DNA of 64,000 bases from positions 4,256,001 to 4,320,000 of the forward strand of contig CBDCWI010000002.1 of NCBI GenBank assembly GCA_965223325.1, given 5' to 3'. The translations under genes and the position numbers were made by a program. Under the pieces are notes generated by a model. The model did not search any database. It saw nothing but the letters and a program-made list of their open reading frames with translations, and had not been told where the DNA came from. This stretch comes from Candidatus Multivoradales bacterium (GTDB lineage Bacteria; Acidobacteriota; Thermoanaerobaculia; Multivoradales; Multivoraceae). Each line of letters begins with the position of its first letter. Position 1 is the first letter of the stretch. This document shows, piece after piece, positions 48,065 to 58,076 of the stretch.

Positions 48065-50638
48065 ATGCTGGAAACGAGAACGTGCCCACGAGTTGAAGCG
48101 CTCCTGCCCGCGAAGGTGGGCGGCGGAGTGTTGGTTGCGCTGGCCGCACTGACGTTGGCAGCGTGCTCATCGGAGACGGGCGAAGTCCCAACAGCCTCGT
48201 TCTCGCCGGGGCTTACCGACCCAAAGCTGTGGCCTGTCGTCGATAGTCCGGTTGGCGAAGATGCCGAGATCGAGGCCGCGGTTGCGACTCTCCTTGCACG
48301 TATGACCGTCGAAGAGAAGGTCGGGCAGGTGATCCAACCCGAGATCAACTCAGTGACGCCAGACGAGGTCAAGCAGTATCGACTTGGCTCGGTCCTCAAC
48401 GGCGGGGGTGGCTGGCCGGGTACCAACAAACAGTCCACGCCTCTCGACTGGCTCGCTTTGGCGGACGCTTTCTGGGAAGCTTCGATGGATGTTCCCGAGG
48501 GCCGGCCAGCGATACCGGTGATGTGGGGGCTGGACGCGGTCCATGGCCACAACAACGTCATTGGCGCAACCCTTTTTCCGCACAACTCGGGTCTCGGAGC
48601 CGCGAACGATCCCGACCTCATCCGTGAGATCGGTCGGGTGACAGCGCGTGAGGTTGCGGTCACCGGACAGGATTGGGACTTCGGCCCAACCGTTGCGGTG
48701 GCCCGTGACGGCCGCTGGGGACGCGCCTACGAAAGCTACTCCGAGAGTCCAGAGATCGTCGCCGCCTATGCCCGCGCGATGACAGAGGGGCTCCAGGGTA
48801 AGGCCGGGAGTGCCGCCTTTCTCGATGGTGAACACCTGATCGCCACGGCCAAGCACTTCATCGCCGACGGTGGAACCGAAGGTGGCGTCGACCAGGGTGA
48901 CAGCGTGGTCTCGGAAGAGACCCTGCGGGATGTTCACGGGGCCGGCTACTTTGCCGCCCTCGAAGCCGGCGTCCAAACCGTGATGGCGTCGTTCAGCTCT
49001 TGGCATGGAACCAAGCTGCACGGTCATCGCCGTCTTCTAACCGAAGTCCTCAAGGGCCGCATGGGCTTTGACGGCATCGTGGTAGGCGACTGGAACGGCC
49101 ACGGACAGGTCGAAGGCTGCACGAACGGAAACTGCCCTGAGGCCTTTATGGCTGGAGTTGACATCTTCATGGTGCCCCAGGACTGGAAGGAACTGTGGAA
49201 CAACACGGTCCAGCAGGTCGAGTCCGGCGCTATCACAGTCGAGCGTCTCGATGATGCAGTGAGGCGAATCCTGCGCGTCAAGATGCGAGCGGGCCTCTTC
49301 GAGCGGGGCAAACCTTCTGCTCGTCCTCTCGCGGGGCGTGTGGAAGTCATGGGTTCCGCTGCACATCGCGAAGTCGCCCGCCGCGCCGTGCGCTCGTCGC
49401 TGGTCCTCCTCAAGAATTCCGGAGGACTCCTCCCGCTTCGGCCGAACCAGCACGTCCTTGTCGCCGGCGACGGCGCCGACAACATTGGCAAACAAAGTGG
49501 TGGCTGGACGATCACCTGGCAAGGCACCGGCAACACCAATGACGACTTTCCAGGAGCGACGTCGATCTGGGAAGGAATCCGAGCTTCGGTCGAGTCAGGC
49601 GGAGGGAAGGCGACCCTGAGCTCCGATGGCAGCTTCGTCGATCGGCCCGACGTTGCGGTGGTGGTCTTTGGTGAGGACCCCTATGCCGAGTTCCAGGGCG
49701 ATCGCGACTCCGTCGACTACGCGCCCGGCAACGATACGGACCTCGCGCTCCTGCGTCGTTTCAAGCAAGCCGATATCCCGGTTGTTGCGATATTCCTCAC
49801 CGGCCGTCCGCTCTGGGTTAACCCCGAGATCAACGCCTCGGATGCATTCGTCGTCGCCTGGCTCCCCGGTACCGAGGGTGGGGGAGTCGCCGATGTCGTA
49901 GTAGCCGGAGCTGCCGGCGAAGTCCGGCACCAGATCAATGGGCGCCTCCCGTTCTCGTGGCCCGCGAGCCCGGACCAGGCGGTTCTAAACCACGACGATC
50001 CGAATGCTCTTCCTCTCTTCGCCTTTGGCTACGGACTGTCATACGCCGATGATGGAGAGCTCGCCGTACTCGACGAGAGCGTGGCCGCCAATACGATCAC
50101 GAATCGAACCACCTTCTACGACGCCGGGCCGAAAGCCCCCTGGCGCGTGATCCTGCGTGACGATGACGGGTCGGAGAGCGTGTACGCCGGCTCCCGAGCG
50201 GCCACCCAAGCCCTCAGCGTGCGCGCGATCGATCGCAACGTTCAAGAGGACGCTCTCGAGGCTAGGTGGTCGGGGACCGGTAGCGCGGCCCTGTACTTGA
50301 GGGCGCGCGAACCGGTCGACCTCTCGCGAGAGGCCAACGGCGAGATGGCGCTCGGCTTCGCGGTTCGCCGGAGCGATAACGAGAACCCATCGTCAGTGCT
50401 TCGTATGAGTTGCGGCAGCGACTGCTCTGGCGCCCTGGACATCTCTGCTTCCCTTGCCGGGTTGCCGCCTGGCGAATGGCAGGAGATGGCGATCCGCCTT
50501 CGCTGCTTCGAGGACGCCGGCGCCAGGATGAAAAGCATTGACGTTCCGTTCTCGCTTGTCTCTTCAGGACCGCTGACCCTCGGACTCGCAGATATTCGGC
50601 TGGTGTCAGCCACCGAGCATGTCGCGGACTGCCCCTAA
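48065..50638 (+). CDS. GH3 beta-glucosidase / exo-1,3/1,4-beta-glucanase (ExoP-like) lipoprotein
   Basis: Lipobox LAAC; DAVHGHNN, RWGRAYESYSE, KHFIADG, GDWNG nucleophile, GEDPYAEFQGD, C-terminal ExoP-like beta-sandwich; AGGAG SD. Confidence 0.93.
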   Translation: MLETRTCPRVEALLPAKVGGGVLVALAALTLAACSSETGEVPTASFSPGLTDPKLWPVVDSPVGEDAEIEAAVATLLARMTVEEKVGQVIQPEINSVTPDEVKQYRLGSVLNGGGGWPGTNKQSTPLDWLALADAFWEASMDVPEGRPAIPVMWGLDAVHGHNNVIGATLFPHNSGLGAANDPDLIREIGRVTAREVAVTGQDWDFGPTVAVARDGRWGRAYESYSESPEIVAAYARAMTEGLQGKAGSAAFLDGEHLIATAKHFIADGGTEGGVDQGDSVVSEETLRDVHGAGYFAALEAGVQTVMASFSSWHGTKLHGHRRLLTEVLKGRMGFDGIVVGDWNGHGQVEGCTNGNCPEAFMAGVDIFMVPQDWKELWNNTVQQVESGAITVERLDDAVRRILRVKMRAGLFERGKPSARPLAGRVEVMGSAAHREVARRAVRSSLVLLKNSGGLLPLRPNQHVLVAGDGADNIGKQSGGWTITWQGTGNTNDDFPGATSIWEGIRASVESGGGKATLSSDGSFVDRPDVAVVVFGEDPYAEFQGDRDSVDYAPGNDTDLALLRRFKQADIPVVAIFLTGRPLWVNPEINASDAFVVAWLPGTEGGGVADVVVAGAAGEVRHQINGRLPFSWPASPDQAVLNHDDPNALPLFAFGYGLSYADDGELAVLDESVAANTITNRTTFYDAGPKAPWRVILRDDDGSESVYAGSRAATQALSVRAIDRNVQEDALEARWSGTGSAALYLRAREPVDLSREANGEMALGFAVRRSDNENPSSVLRMSCGSDCSGALDISASLAGLPPGEWQEMAIRLRCFEDAGARMKSIDVPFSLVSSGPLTLGLADIRLVSATEHVADCP

Positions 50639-50665
50639 GACCAGAAGGCCAAGACAGGAGAACTG

Positions 50666-52324
50666 ATGGGAATCGAAACACTCGACTGGGTGGTCATCGC
50701 GGCCTACTTCGCCGCCATCATCGCGATCGCTGTGTGGGCGATTCGAAGAGAACGTCGTGGCGAGAAGAATTCGGCCGACTATTTCCTCGCAGGCCGCAAT
50801 GTCGGCTGGTTTGTCGTCGGCGCGTCTCTCTTCGCTTCGAACATTGGTTCCGAGCATTTAGTAGGCCTCGCCGGGACGGCTGCCTCTGATGGCTTGGTGA
50901 TGGGTCAGTTCGAGCTCCAGGCTTCGTTGATCCTGCTGCTGCTCGGATGGCTCTTTGTGCCCTTCTACATCAAGAGCGGCGTGTACACCATGCCAGAGTT
51001 TCTCGAGCGCCGCTATTCACCGGCTGCCCGTTGGTATCTCTCCATTGTGGCGGTCATCGGATACGTCCTCACCAAGATTTCCGTCACGATCTATGCCGGC
51101 GGCGTGGTGTTCGAGTCGCTGATGGGAATCGACTTCTGGACTGGCGCCCTGGTTGTGGTGTTGATCACCGGCCTCTATACCGTTCTTGGAGGTCTGCGTG
51201 CGGTTGTTTACACCGACCTCATGCAGGCGTTTGTGTTGATCCTCGGAGCTGGCGTCGTGACCATGATGGGCCTCTCGCGCCTCGGTGGATGGGGCGGAAT
51301 GGTTGCGGCGGCTGAGCCTGGATTCTTTGACATCTGGAAGGCCGCATCGCATCCTGACTTCCCGTGGACCGGCATGGTGTTCGGTGCTCCGATCATTGCG
51401 ATCTGGTACTGGTGTACCGACCAGTTCATCGTCCAGCGCACGCTCTCGGCACGTGGTATCGACGACGCGCGGCGCGGAACCATTTTCGCGGCGTTGCTCA
51501 AGCAGCTTCCGCTGTTCCTCTTCGTGGTTCCGGGCGTCATCGCATACTGCCTCGCGAAGTCCGGCGAGATCGAACTCGCCAGTGCCGACCAAGCCCTGCC
51601 CACTCTCGTGGCTGCCCTTCTCCCGGCCGGACTTCGGGGGTTGGTTGTTGCCGGCTTGATTGCAGCACTGATGAGCTCCCTCTCCTCTGTGTTCAACTCC
51701 TGCTCGACCTTGATCACGCTAGACATCTACAAGCAACTACGACCGGAGACCTCTGAGCGCCGGCTGGTAGTCGTAGGACAACTATCGACGGCAGTTCTCG
51801 TTGTCCTGGGTCTTGCCTGGATCCCTCTGATGTCGAACATTTCGGGGGTGCTATACCAATACCTCCAGAGTGTTCAGGCATACATCGCACCACCGATCGC
51901 GGCCGTGTTCTTACTTGGGCTTCTTTGGTCGCGTCTCAATGCGGCCGGTGCGATGGCCTCGCTACTCACGGGGTTCGTCCTTGGAATGCTGCGGCTCGTT
52001 CTCGAGCTCAACCGTGACGATCTCGGTGGTTTCGCCTACACCTACGCATCGATCAATTTCATGAACTTCGCCTCGCTCCTCTTTCTGGTGTGCGTCGGCG
52101 TGTTGGTTGTCGTGAGCCTTATGACCCCTCCGCCGGCGCCAGAAAAGGTCCGCGGCTTGACTTTCCAGACAGCCGGAGAGGCAGTAGCGGGCGCTGCAAC
52201 GACAGATGCGCACCGCGCCATCTCGGACCCGGCGTGGCAGCGCCGCGACAAGGTCATGTCCGGCATTGTTGTGGTGTTGGTCGCCCTCGTGATGCTGTAC
52301 TTCTCGGGCTTCTTTTTCGGCTAA
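50666..52324 (+). CDS. Sodium:solute symporter (SGLT-like sugar transporter)
   Basis: DYFLAGR, SLFASNIGSEH.VGLAG, TMPEFLERR, GGLRAVVYTD, WYWCTDQFIVQR, LMSSLSSVFNS.STL. Confidence 0.94.
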   Translation: MGIETLDWVVIAAYFAAIIAIAVWAIRRERRGEKNSADYFLAGRNVGWFVVGASLFASNIGSEHLVGLAGTAASDGLVMGQFELQASLILLLLGWLFVPFYIKSGVYTMPEFLERRYSPAARWYLSIVAVIGYVLTKISVTIYAGGVVFESLMGIDFWTGALVVVLITGLYTVLGGLRAVVYTDLMQAFVLILGAGVVTMMGLSRLGGWGGMVAAAEPGFFDIWKAASHPDFPWTGMVFGAPIIAIWYWCTDQFIVQRTLSARGIDDARRGTIFAALLKQLPLFLFVVPGVIAYCLAKSGEIELASADQALPTLVAALLPAGLRGLVVAGLIAALMSSLSSVFNSCSTLITLDIYKQLRPETSERRLVVVGQLSTAVLVVLGLAWIPLMSNISGVLYQYLQSVQAYIAPPIAAVFLLGLLWSRLNAAGAMASLLTGFVLGMLRLVLELNRDDLGGFAYTYASINFMNFASLLFLVCVGVLVVVSLMTPPPAPEKVRGLTFQTAGEAVAGAATTDAHRAISDPAWQRRDKVMSGIVVVLVALVMLYFSGFFFG

Positions 52325-52514
52325 TGCGCCACGCCCAGCTTCCTTCGCCGGCCCGTGAGGCGTGTGTCCTCGTGGGGTCCATGCCGTTCTTCAGGGCGAC
52401 TAGTCGCCCATCGGTAGCTAGACAAGACGAGCCAGTCGATGGCGTCTTCAAACAGCTCGTCCATGCGCGCGTCGATGAGTGGAAACGGAAGCCACCGCGA
52501 CCGGAGTGTCTCGC

Positions 52515-53522
52515 ATGACCACGCAGAGTGCCGGGAACACACTTCTCGTGGCAGACATCGGAGGGACGCACGCCCGTTTCGCCGTGGTCGATCGAGCGGC
52601 TGAGCTGAAGGCCCAGTGGGAGACGCTGTGCTCTCTTCACTCCTCGGTGGTCGAAGCGATTCGGAGCTATTTCCACCACACCGAGGTCGCTCCTCCGCGC
52701 CGTGCCCGGATCGCTGTTGCCAGCCCGGTGACCGGTGACGATGTTCAGATGACCAATCACGACTGGCGTTTCTCGATCGAAACCGTGCGTGACGAGCTCG
52801 GTTTCGGGTCTTTAGACGTCGTAAATGACTTCATCGCGTTGGCCTACGCTCTGCCTCGACTGTCTGAGGAGCACCAGCAGACGATCCGCGCCGGGCATTT
52901 GAATCCGACCGCGGCCCTGGGCGTGATCGGCCCGGGCACCGGCCTCGGTGTGTCGGGCCTGGTCCCAACCCCGGACGGATGGGTGGCCTTCGCGAGCGAG
53001 GGCGGACATCGAGACCTTGCGGCGAGCAATGAGCGGGAGTGGGCAATTCTTCAGGTCCTGAAGAAGCGCTTTGGCCACGTGTCGGCGGAGCGTGTCCTTT
53101 CAGGTCCGGGTCTCGTGCATCTCTATCAAGCGATCTGCGTACTCGAAGATAGAGAGCCGTCATTCGAGCAAGCAGCCGAGATCGTTTCAATCACTCGTTC
53201 AGGCGACTGTGACCTCGCCGCCGAGACTCTCTCCGTGTTCTCGCGCCAACTTGGTGCGATTGCCGGCGACCTGGCTCTCACACTTGGAGCACGAGGAGGG
53301 ATCTTTCTCGCGGGCGGCATGTTGCCAAGGATGCGAGATGCGTTCGACGCGGGGCTGTTCTCTGATGCGTTTGTAGAAAAGGGCCGCTTTCGCGCCTATC
53401 TAGAAGAGATCCCGGTGCAGTTGGTTCTGGACCCGCACGCTACGCTCTCTGGCGCAGCACTCATGTCTGACACGAATGGAATCGCAAGCCGGTCCGTCTC
53501 CTCCCTCAGGAGCAACAGTTGA
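52515..53522 (+). CDS. glk: Glucokinase (E. coli Glk type)
   Basis: ADIGGTHARFA, MTNHDW, VNDFIA, GPGTGLG, SEGGH, ERVLSGPGL, KGRF. Confidence 0.95.
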   Translation: MTTQSAGNTLLVADIGGTHARFAVVDRAAELKAQWETLCSLHSSVVEAIRSYFHHTEVAPPRRARIAVASPVTGDDVQMTNHDWRFSIETVRDELGFGSLDVVNDFIALAYALPRLSEEHQQTIRAGHLNPTAALGVIGPGTGLGVSGLVPTPDGWVAFASEGGHRDLAASNEREWAILQVLKKRFGHVSAERVLSGPGLVHLYQAICVLEDREPSFEQAAEIVSITRSGDCDLAAETLSVFSRQLGAIAGDLALTLGARGGIFLAGGMLPRMRDAFDAGLFSDAFVEKGRFRAYLEEIPVQLVLDPHATLSGAALMSDTNGIASRSVSSLRSNS

Positions 53523-53553
53523 CCTCGGGCGCTGAGAGTCGGTTCTCTGACCC

Positions 53554-54609
53554 TTAGCGTCTATCTGTCCGAACCGGTCCACTCGAATCACGTACCACAA
53601 GAACGGGCTCGACCATCAGCGTGCTGCCGGGGTCTTTTCCTCTGACTCGCTCAAGGAGCGCGCTTGCGGCTAGCTCACCTATCTCTCGGAGAGGCTGGCG
53701 GATCGTTGTCAAACTTGGGTTCTGAAACGGCGCACTCTGAATATCATCGAAACCCACAACCGAAACGTCGTTGGGAACCGACAGACCCGCATCCAGGAAG
53801 GCGCGAATCGCACCGATCGCAGAAACATCGTTGAACGCGAACAGCGCTGTGAAACCCGGACTCTCGCTGAGAAGCTCCTGGGCAATCTCGAAACCGCGGC
53901 GGTAGCGATGCTCACGCGAAAAGTGAGTTTGCGGGGCAGGATCGTCGCCAATCTGCTTCACCCATTCGGGCCGAATCTCAATTCCCAGGCCCGGCGCAAC
54001 CTCTGAGATTGCTCTCCAGCGATCCGCGGTGTCGGCGTTGCGGGGGTGGCCTCGCAAGAAGGCGATCTCTTGGTGCCCTAGATCGCGGAGATGCCCAAGG
54101 GCCAGATGTGCGGCGCGATCGTGATCAACGACCACGTTCGTTGTATCTGGAACCTCGCGATGCCCCGCGACAACGACCGCCGGTAGTCCCGGAGACTCTT
54201 CGAGGCTCGTCGCGATCAGGAGCATCCCATCAACGGAGCGGTCTCTCAGACGATTGAGGTTCTCGGCAAGCAGCGACGACTGCCAGCGGTGACTCGCGGC
54301 CAGGTAGAAGTAGCCACGCTCGGTCAGGAATCGCTCGGCCCCGCACATCACGCCGGCCGCATAGTCCTCGCCGATATTCGGGACGAGAACGCCGATCGAG
54401 TGGCTTCGCCGGCGGCGAAGCGACCGAGCCAACAGATCGGGCCGATATCCGAGCTCGTCAACGGCCGCGAGCACGCGCTTCTTGGTGCGCTCCGGAATGG
54501 ACTGCGCTCCTGGAGAACGATTGATGACCATCGAGACCGTCGCGGACGACAGCCCGAGATGGGCCGCGACGTCCTTGAGAGTGACTCTGTTTTTCGGAGC
54601 GCCCGGCAC
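53554..54609 (-). CDS. LacI-family transcriptional regulator
   Basis: TLKDVAAHLGLSSATVS, LGYRPD..ARSL, FAFNDVSAIG, VSVVGFDDI, LTTIRQP. Confidence 0.95.
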   Translation of the reverse strand: MPGAPKNRVTLKDVAAHLGLSSATVSMVINRSPGAQSIPERTKKRVLAAVDELGYRPDLLARSLRRRRSHSIGVLVPNIGEDYAAGVMCGAERFLTERGYFYLAASHRWQSSLLAENLNRLRDRSVDGMLLIATSLEESPGLPAVVVAGHREVPDTTNVVVDHDRAAHLALGHLRDLGHQEIAFLRGHPRNADTADRWRAISEVAPGLGIEIRPEWVKQIGDDPAPQTHFSREHRYRRGFEIAQELLSESPGFTALFAFNDVSAIGAIRAFLDAGLSVPNDVSVVGFDDIQSAPFQNPSLTTIRQPLREIGELAASALLERVRGKDPGSTLMVEPVLVVRDSSGPVRTDRR

Positions 54610-54812
54610 CTCTTCAGTCTCGCACGGCGCAGGTCAGGCTGCAAGGAAGCGCTCGATCTTGTGAAGCTTCTCGATGACCTCGGTGGGCGTATCGCGAATA
54701 CCCCGATGAGCCGTGGCGTGCAATCAACCTTTCTTCGTTTGGGAGTGGCCACGGGCCTTGGAACACGACGGGGTTGGGTTCCGTGAGTCCTCTGGTGCCT
54801 GTGTTGAAGTCG

Positions 54813-57494
54813 CTACTCTGTACGCAACACGCGCAAGGGGTCGATTGCCACCGCCCTTCGTGCCGGCAGATACGCCGCCAGGACGGCGACCGCGATGAGA
54901 ACCGCAGTGATCGTGCCGTAGACCAGGAGATCGAAACTCCCCACACCGTAGAGGAAGCGGGACAGGCCGCGCGCCGCGAGGAGCGCTACGGCGATCCCGA
55001 GGGAGAGGCCGAGAATCGCCATCGTGAGACCGGACTGGATGACCAGGCGTAGGACGTCGGTTGGACGCGCGCCGAGGCTCATGCGCAGCCCGATCTCGGG
55101 CGTGCGCGCGGTGACCATTTGAGCAAGTACGCCGTAGATTCCAACCGCGGTCAGAAACAACCCCACCAGGCCGAGCGCGGCGGCGACTGAACCGGCGATG
55201 CGCTGGGGGAGGAGCGAGACTGCCAGGGATTCTTCGAGCGGTGCGAGGTCCTGGAGCGGCAGAGTGGGGGCGAGTCTTTGCAGGCGGGCTCGTAGCTCGG
55301 CACCCAGACCGCCGCGGCCGGGCTCGGTGCGCACCAGCAGACTGGCGCGGGTGAGTTCGACCTGGCCGGTTGGCAGGTAGAGAAACGGCATCGGTTGCTC
55401 GTCGAGGGTGCGATAGAGCGAGTCGCTGACAACGCCGATCACCAGGGCGTCGGTGTCGTCGAGGCGCAGGATGGAGCCGACCATCGGACGGTCGCCACCG
55501 AACCGCGAAGCGAAGGTCTCGTTGACCAGCGCCACGCCGCGAGCGTTCTCCCTGCCTTCCATGTTCTCCTCGGCGAGTGCTGGCTGCGTGTCCTGGGTCT
55601 CGAAGTCGCGACCGCGCAAGAGTGGGATCTGTAACACCTCGAGGTAACCGGGTGAGATCACCTGGTGCTCGATCTGGAAGGCTTTCTTCCCCGGCGGCGG
55701 ATCAACTCCCGGAACTTCGACCCCTATCGTGTTGGGAAAGAAGCGCGCGCCGAGACTGAGCGGCACGTTGCCCGCCAGGGCCGCACTTTGAACGCCAGGC
55801 ATCGCACGTGCGGACTGCAGGGCTTCGCCGAGGAGCGCCGTGGCGGCCGCCGGTGACATTCCAGTCAGGGTCGGGCTGAGTCTCACCGCCTCGACCTGCT
55901 GCGGATTGAAGCCGGGGTCGAGCGCTGCTGCGACCTGGAAGGCGCGAAGAAACAAACCAGCGGTCACCAGAATGACGACCGAGAGGGCGACCTGCGCAAT
56001 CACCAGGAGCGAGCGGGTGCGCTTCGAACCCGACGCCGCACCGGCCCCACGGACCGAGTTGCTGAGACTGGCGCGCGAGGCGCGTAGTGCTGGCAGGAGC
56101 CCAAAGATGCTGGCCGCTATGGTCGAGATGAGAACTGCCCCGAGGAGGGTGCGCCAATCGAGGCGGACGTCGACCGACACCCCGCCGAGGGCAGGAACAG
56201 AGCGGCTGGCGAGAAGCGCGACACCGTAGGCAATCCAACCACCGATGACGCCGCCGGCGATCGCCAGGATGGCGCTTTCTGTGAGCTGCAATCTCGCCAG
56301 ACGGCTGCGTGGGGCGCCTAGCGCGGCGCGCAGCTCGAGTTCTTGTCGCCGTCGCACCAGGCGCCCGAGCATCAGGTTGGCGACGTTGACGCAGCCGATC
56401 AGCAAGACAAACCCCGAGACTCCGGCGAGGATGGCCAGAAACGCGGCCAGGCCGCCACGAATGTCGGCGTCATGGCCGTCGGTCCGTTCGGGGCTGATGG
56501 CGAGACCATTGAGTTCTTTCGGATAGGCCCCCTCGAGTCGCTGGGCCTCGATGGCCAGGGCGGCGCGTGCCTGCTCGAGGCTCGAGCCAACGGCGTGGGC
56601 GCCGACCATCTCGACCCAGTTGGCAGAACGGTCTTGTCGGTCGGGTAGGCCGGCACGGGCTCCCATGCCGATCGAAATGAAGGCGTCGAAATTGAATCCG
56701 ATGAAGTGGCCACGGAACCGCGGTCCAGAGACTCCGACGATGGTATAGGGCTGCCCGTTGAACACCAGAGTGCTTCCAACAGTGTCTCGCCGGGCGCCGT
56801 AGCGTTCGCTCCACAGGTGGTGGCTGATCACAGCCACTGGCTCGCCGGTTTCTTCGTCTTCGCGGGTCAGCAATCGGCCGAGGGTTGGTTGCACGCCGAG
56901 GAGAGAGAAGTAGTTGTCGGTCACTGCCTGCACGCCAAGCAGCTCGGGCGTGGCCTCGCGGTTCTGCTGCCAGCTCATGCGGATTCCAGAGAAGCCCGCG
57001 ACGCCCTCGATGGCGCCGCTGTCACGCAGTTGCGTGTAGATAGGAAACGAGGTGAGCGAGAAGGTCTCCTCGTCGGCGAGCGCAAGCTTGACGTTGAGGA
57101 GCCGGTCTCCATTCTCGATCCCGGGGATGCCGCGGCCGAACGTGGCGTCGAAGATCGCCAGCACGCTGGTGGTGGCGCCGATGCCGATGGCGAGCGATAG
57201 CACTGCAATGAGAGAAAAGAGGGGGCGCTTGGCGAGCGTGCGTATGGAGTAGCGCACGTCCTGTCCAATGTCAGCTAGCAGTTCGCGGGGTACGGTCACG
57301 AGAAGTTCTCCGAGAGTTCGAAGCCAGAAAGAAAGGCGCTCGTGCGCTCCAGCGTTCTCGACCTGTTGCCAGTCGAGGGCGATGTTGAGTTCGAGTTCTT
57401 CGCCGAAGCGGTTTCTGAAGCGTCTTGGCAGGAGGAGCAGCCAGAGCCGCGCCAGAGCGGGCGGCGAAGGCGGCGATCGGTCGCGCTCCTTCAT
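54813..57494 (-). CDS. ADOP-family (Acidobacterial duplicated orphan) MacB/FtsX-type permease
   Basis: QDVRYSIRTL..P.FSLIAVLSLAIGIGA, LLIGCVNVANL, LVIAQVALS, EIGLRMSLGA, PARRA..IDPL..LRTE; no adjacent ATPase; ATGA overlap with PadR. Confidence 0.92.
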   Translation of the reverse strand: MKERDRSPPSPPALARLWLLLLPRRFRNRFGEELELNIALDWQQVENAGAHERLSFWLRTLGELLVTVPRELLADIGQDVRYSIRTLAKRPLFSLIAVLSLAIGIGATTSVLAIFDATFGRGIPGIENGDRLLNVKLALADEETFSLTSFPIYTQLRDSGAIEGVAGFSGIRMSWQQNREATPELLGVQAVTDNYFSLLGVQPTLGRLLTREDEETGEPVAVISHHLWSERYGARRDTVGSTLVFNGQPYTIVGVSGPRFRGHFIGFNFDAFISIGMGARAGLPDRQDRSANWVEMVGAHAVGSSLEQARAALAIEAQRLEGAYPKELNGLAISPERTDGHDADIRGGLAAFLAILAGVSGFVLLIGCVNVANLMLGRLVRRRQELELRAALGAPRSRLARLQLTESAILAIAGGVIGGWIAYGVALLASRSVPALGGVSVDVRLDWRTLLGAVLISTIAASIFGLLPALRASRASLSNSVRGAGAASGSKRTRSLLVIAQVALSVVILVTAGLFLRAFQVAAALDPGFNPQQVEAVRLSPTLTGMSPAAATALLGEALQSARAMPGVQSAALAGNVPLSLGARFFPNTIGVEVPGVDPPPGKKAFQIEHQVISPGYLEVLQIPLLRGRDFETQDTQPALAEENMEGRENARGVALVNETFASRFGGDRPMVGSILRLDDTDALVIGVVSDSLYRTLDEQPMPFLYLPTGQVELTRASLLVRTEPGRGGLGAELRARLQRLAPTLPLQDLAPLEESLAVSLLPQRIAGSVAAALGLVGLFLTAVGIYGVLAQMVTARTPEIGLRMSLGARPTDVLRLVIQSGLTMAILGLSLGIAVALLAARGLSRFLYGVGSFDLLVYGTITAVLIAVAVLAAYLPARRAVAIDPLRVLRTE

Positions 57495-57850
57495 GCCGGC
57501 GCGGGGTCGGGGAGGTCGCGCGCGAGTTCTAGCGCACGCTCCATGCGCTCGGCCTCAGCGCGCATCACCGCATGGCCGAGAGCGGTGAGCCGGTAGTAGC
57601 GCCGACGTTCGTCGTCCCAGCGCTCGGGTGGGCGTTCGTCGGACTCGGCGATCAGCTCCTGATCGAGCAAGCGACGGATCAAGCCGTAGAGGGTTCCGGT
57701 ACCGAGGCGGATGCGCCCGTCAGTCAGCCGATCGATCTCCTTGCGTACGGCCCAGCCGTGTTTGTTCTCGCGGGCGAGTGACATCAGGACATGGAATGCC
57801 GGTGGGGTTAGAGGAAGGAAAGAGTCGGGAGGTGGCTGGTGGGGTGACAT
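57491..57850 (-). CDS. PadR-family transcriptional regulator
   Basis: FHVLMSL..HGW..GTGTLYGLIRRL..RRRYYRLTALG; GAGG SD before ATG 57850. Confidence 0.9.
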   Translation of the reverse strand: MSPHQPPPDSFLPLTPPAFHVLMSLARENKHGWAVRKEIDRLTDGRIRLGTGTLYGLIRRLLDQELIAESDERPPERWDDERRRYYRLTALGHAVMRAEAERMERALELARDLPDPAPA

Positions 57851-57851
57851 C

Positions 57852-57885
57852 TGTGCCTCTGTAGCTCGTGTGCCTCTGTCGCTCG
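57852..57885. repeat. 17-bp tandem direct repeat covering the padR ribosome-binding site
   Basis: TGTGCCTCTGTAGCTCG (57852-57868) and TGTGCCTCTGTCGCTCG (57869-57885), one mismatch. Confidence 0.85.
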
Positions 57886-58076
57886 GCCTGGAAAGTGAGA
57901 GTCTCGCTCTGGGTGAGGTAATGCGTCGTGGCGCGACTATATACAGCGCAAAGTGGAAACGGCAAGTCGCTGGCGGGTTCGCCAGCTTGATTGCGTTCCC
58001 TCCAATGAAGCGGCCGACAGTCTGGTCGTGAATTCCTGGGACGAACCCCACAACTGAACGCAGAGGCCAGAGCATC

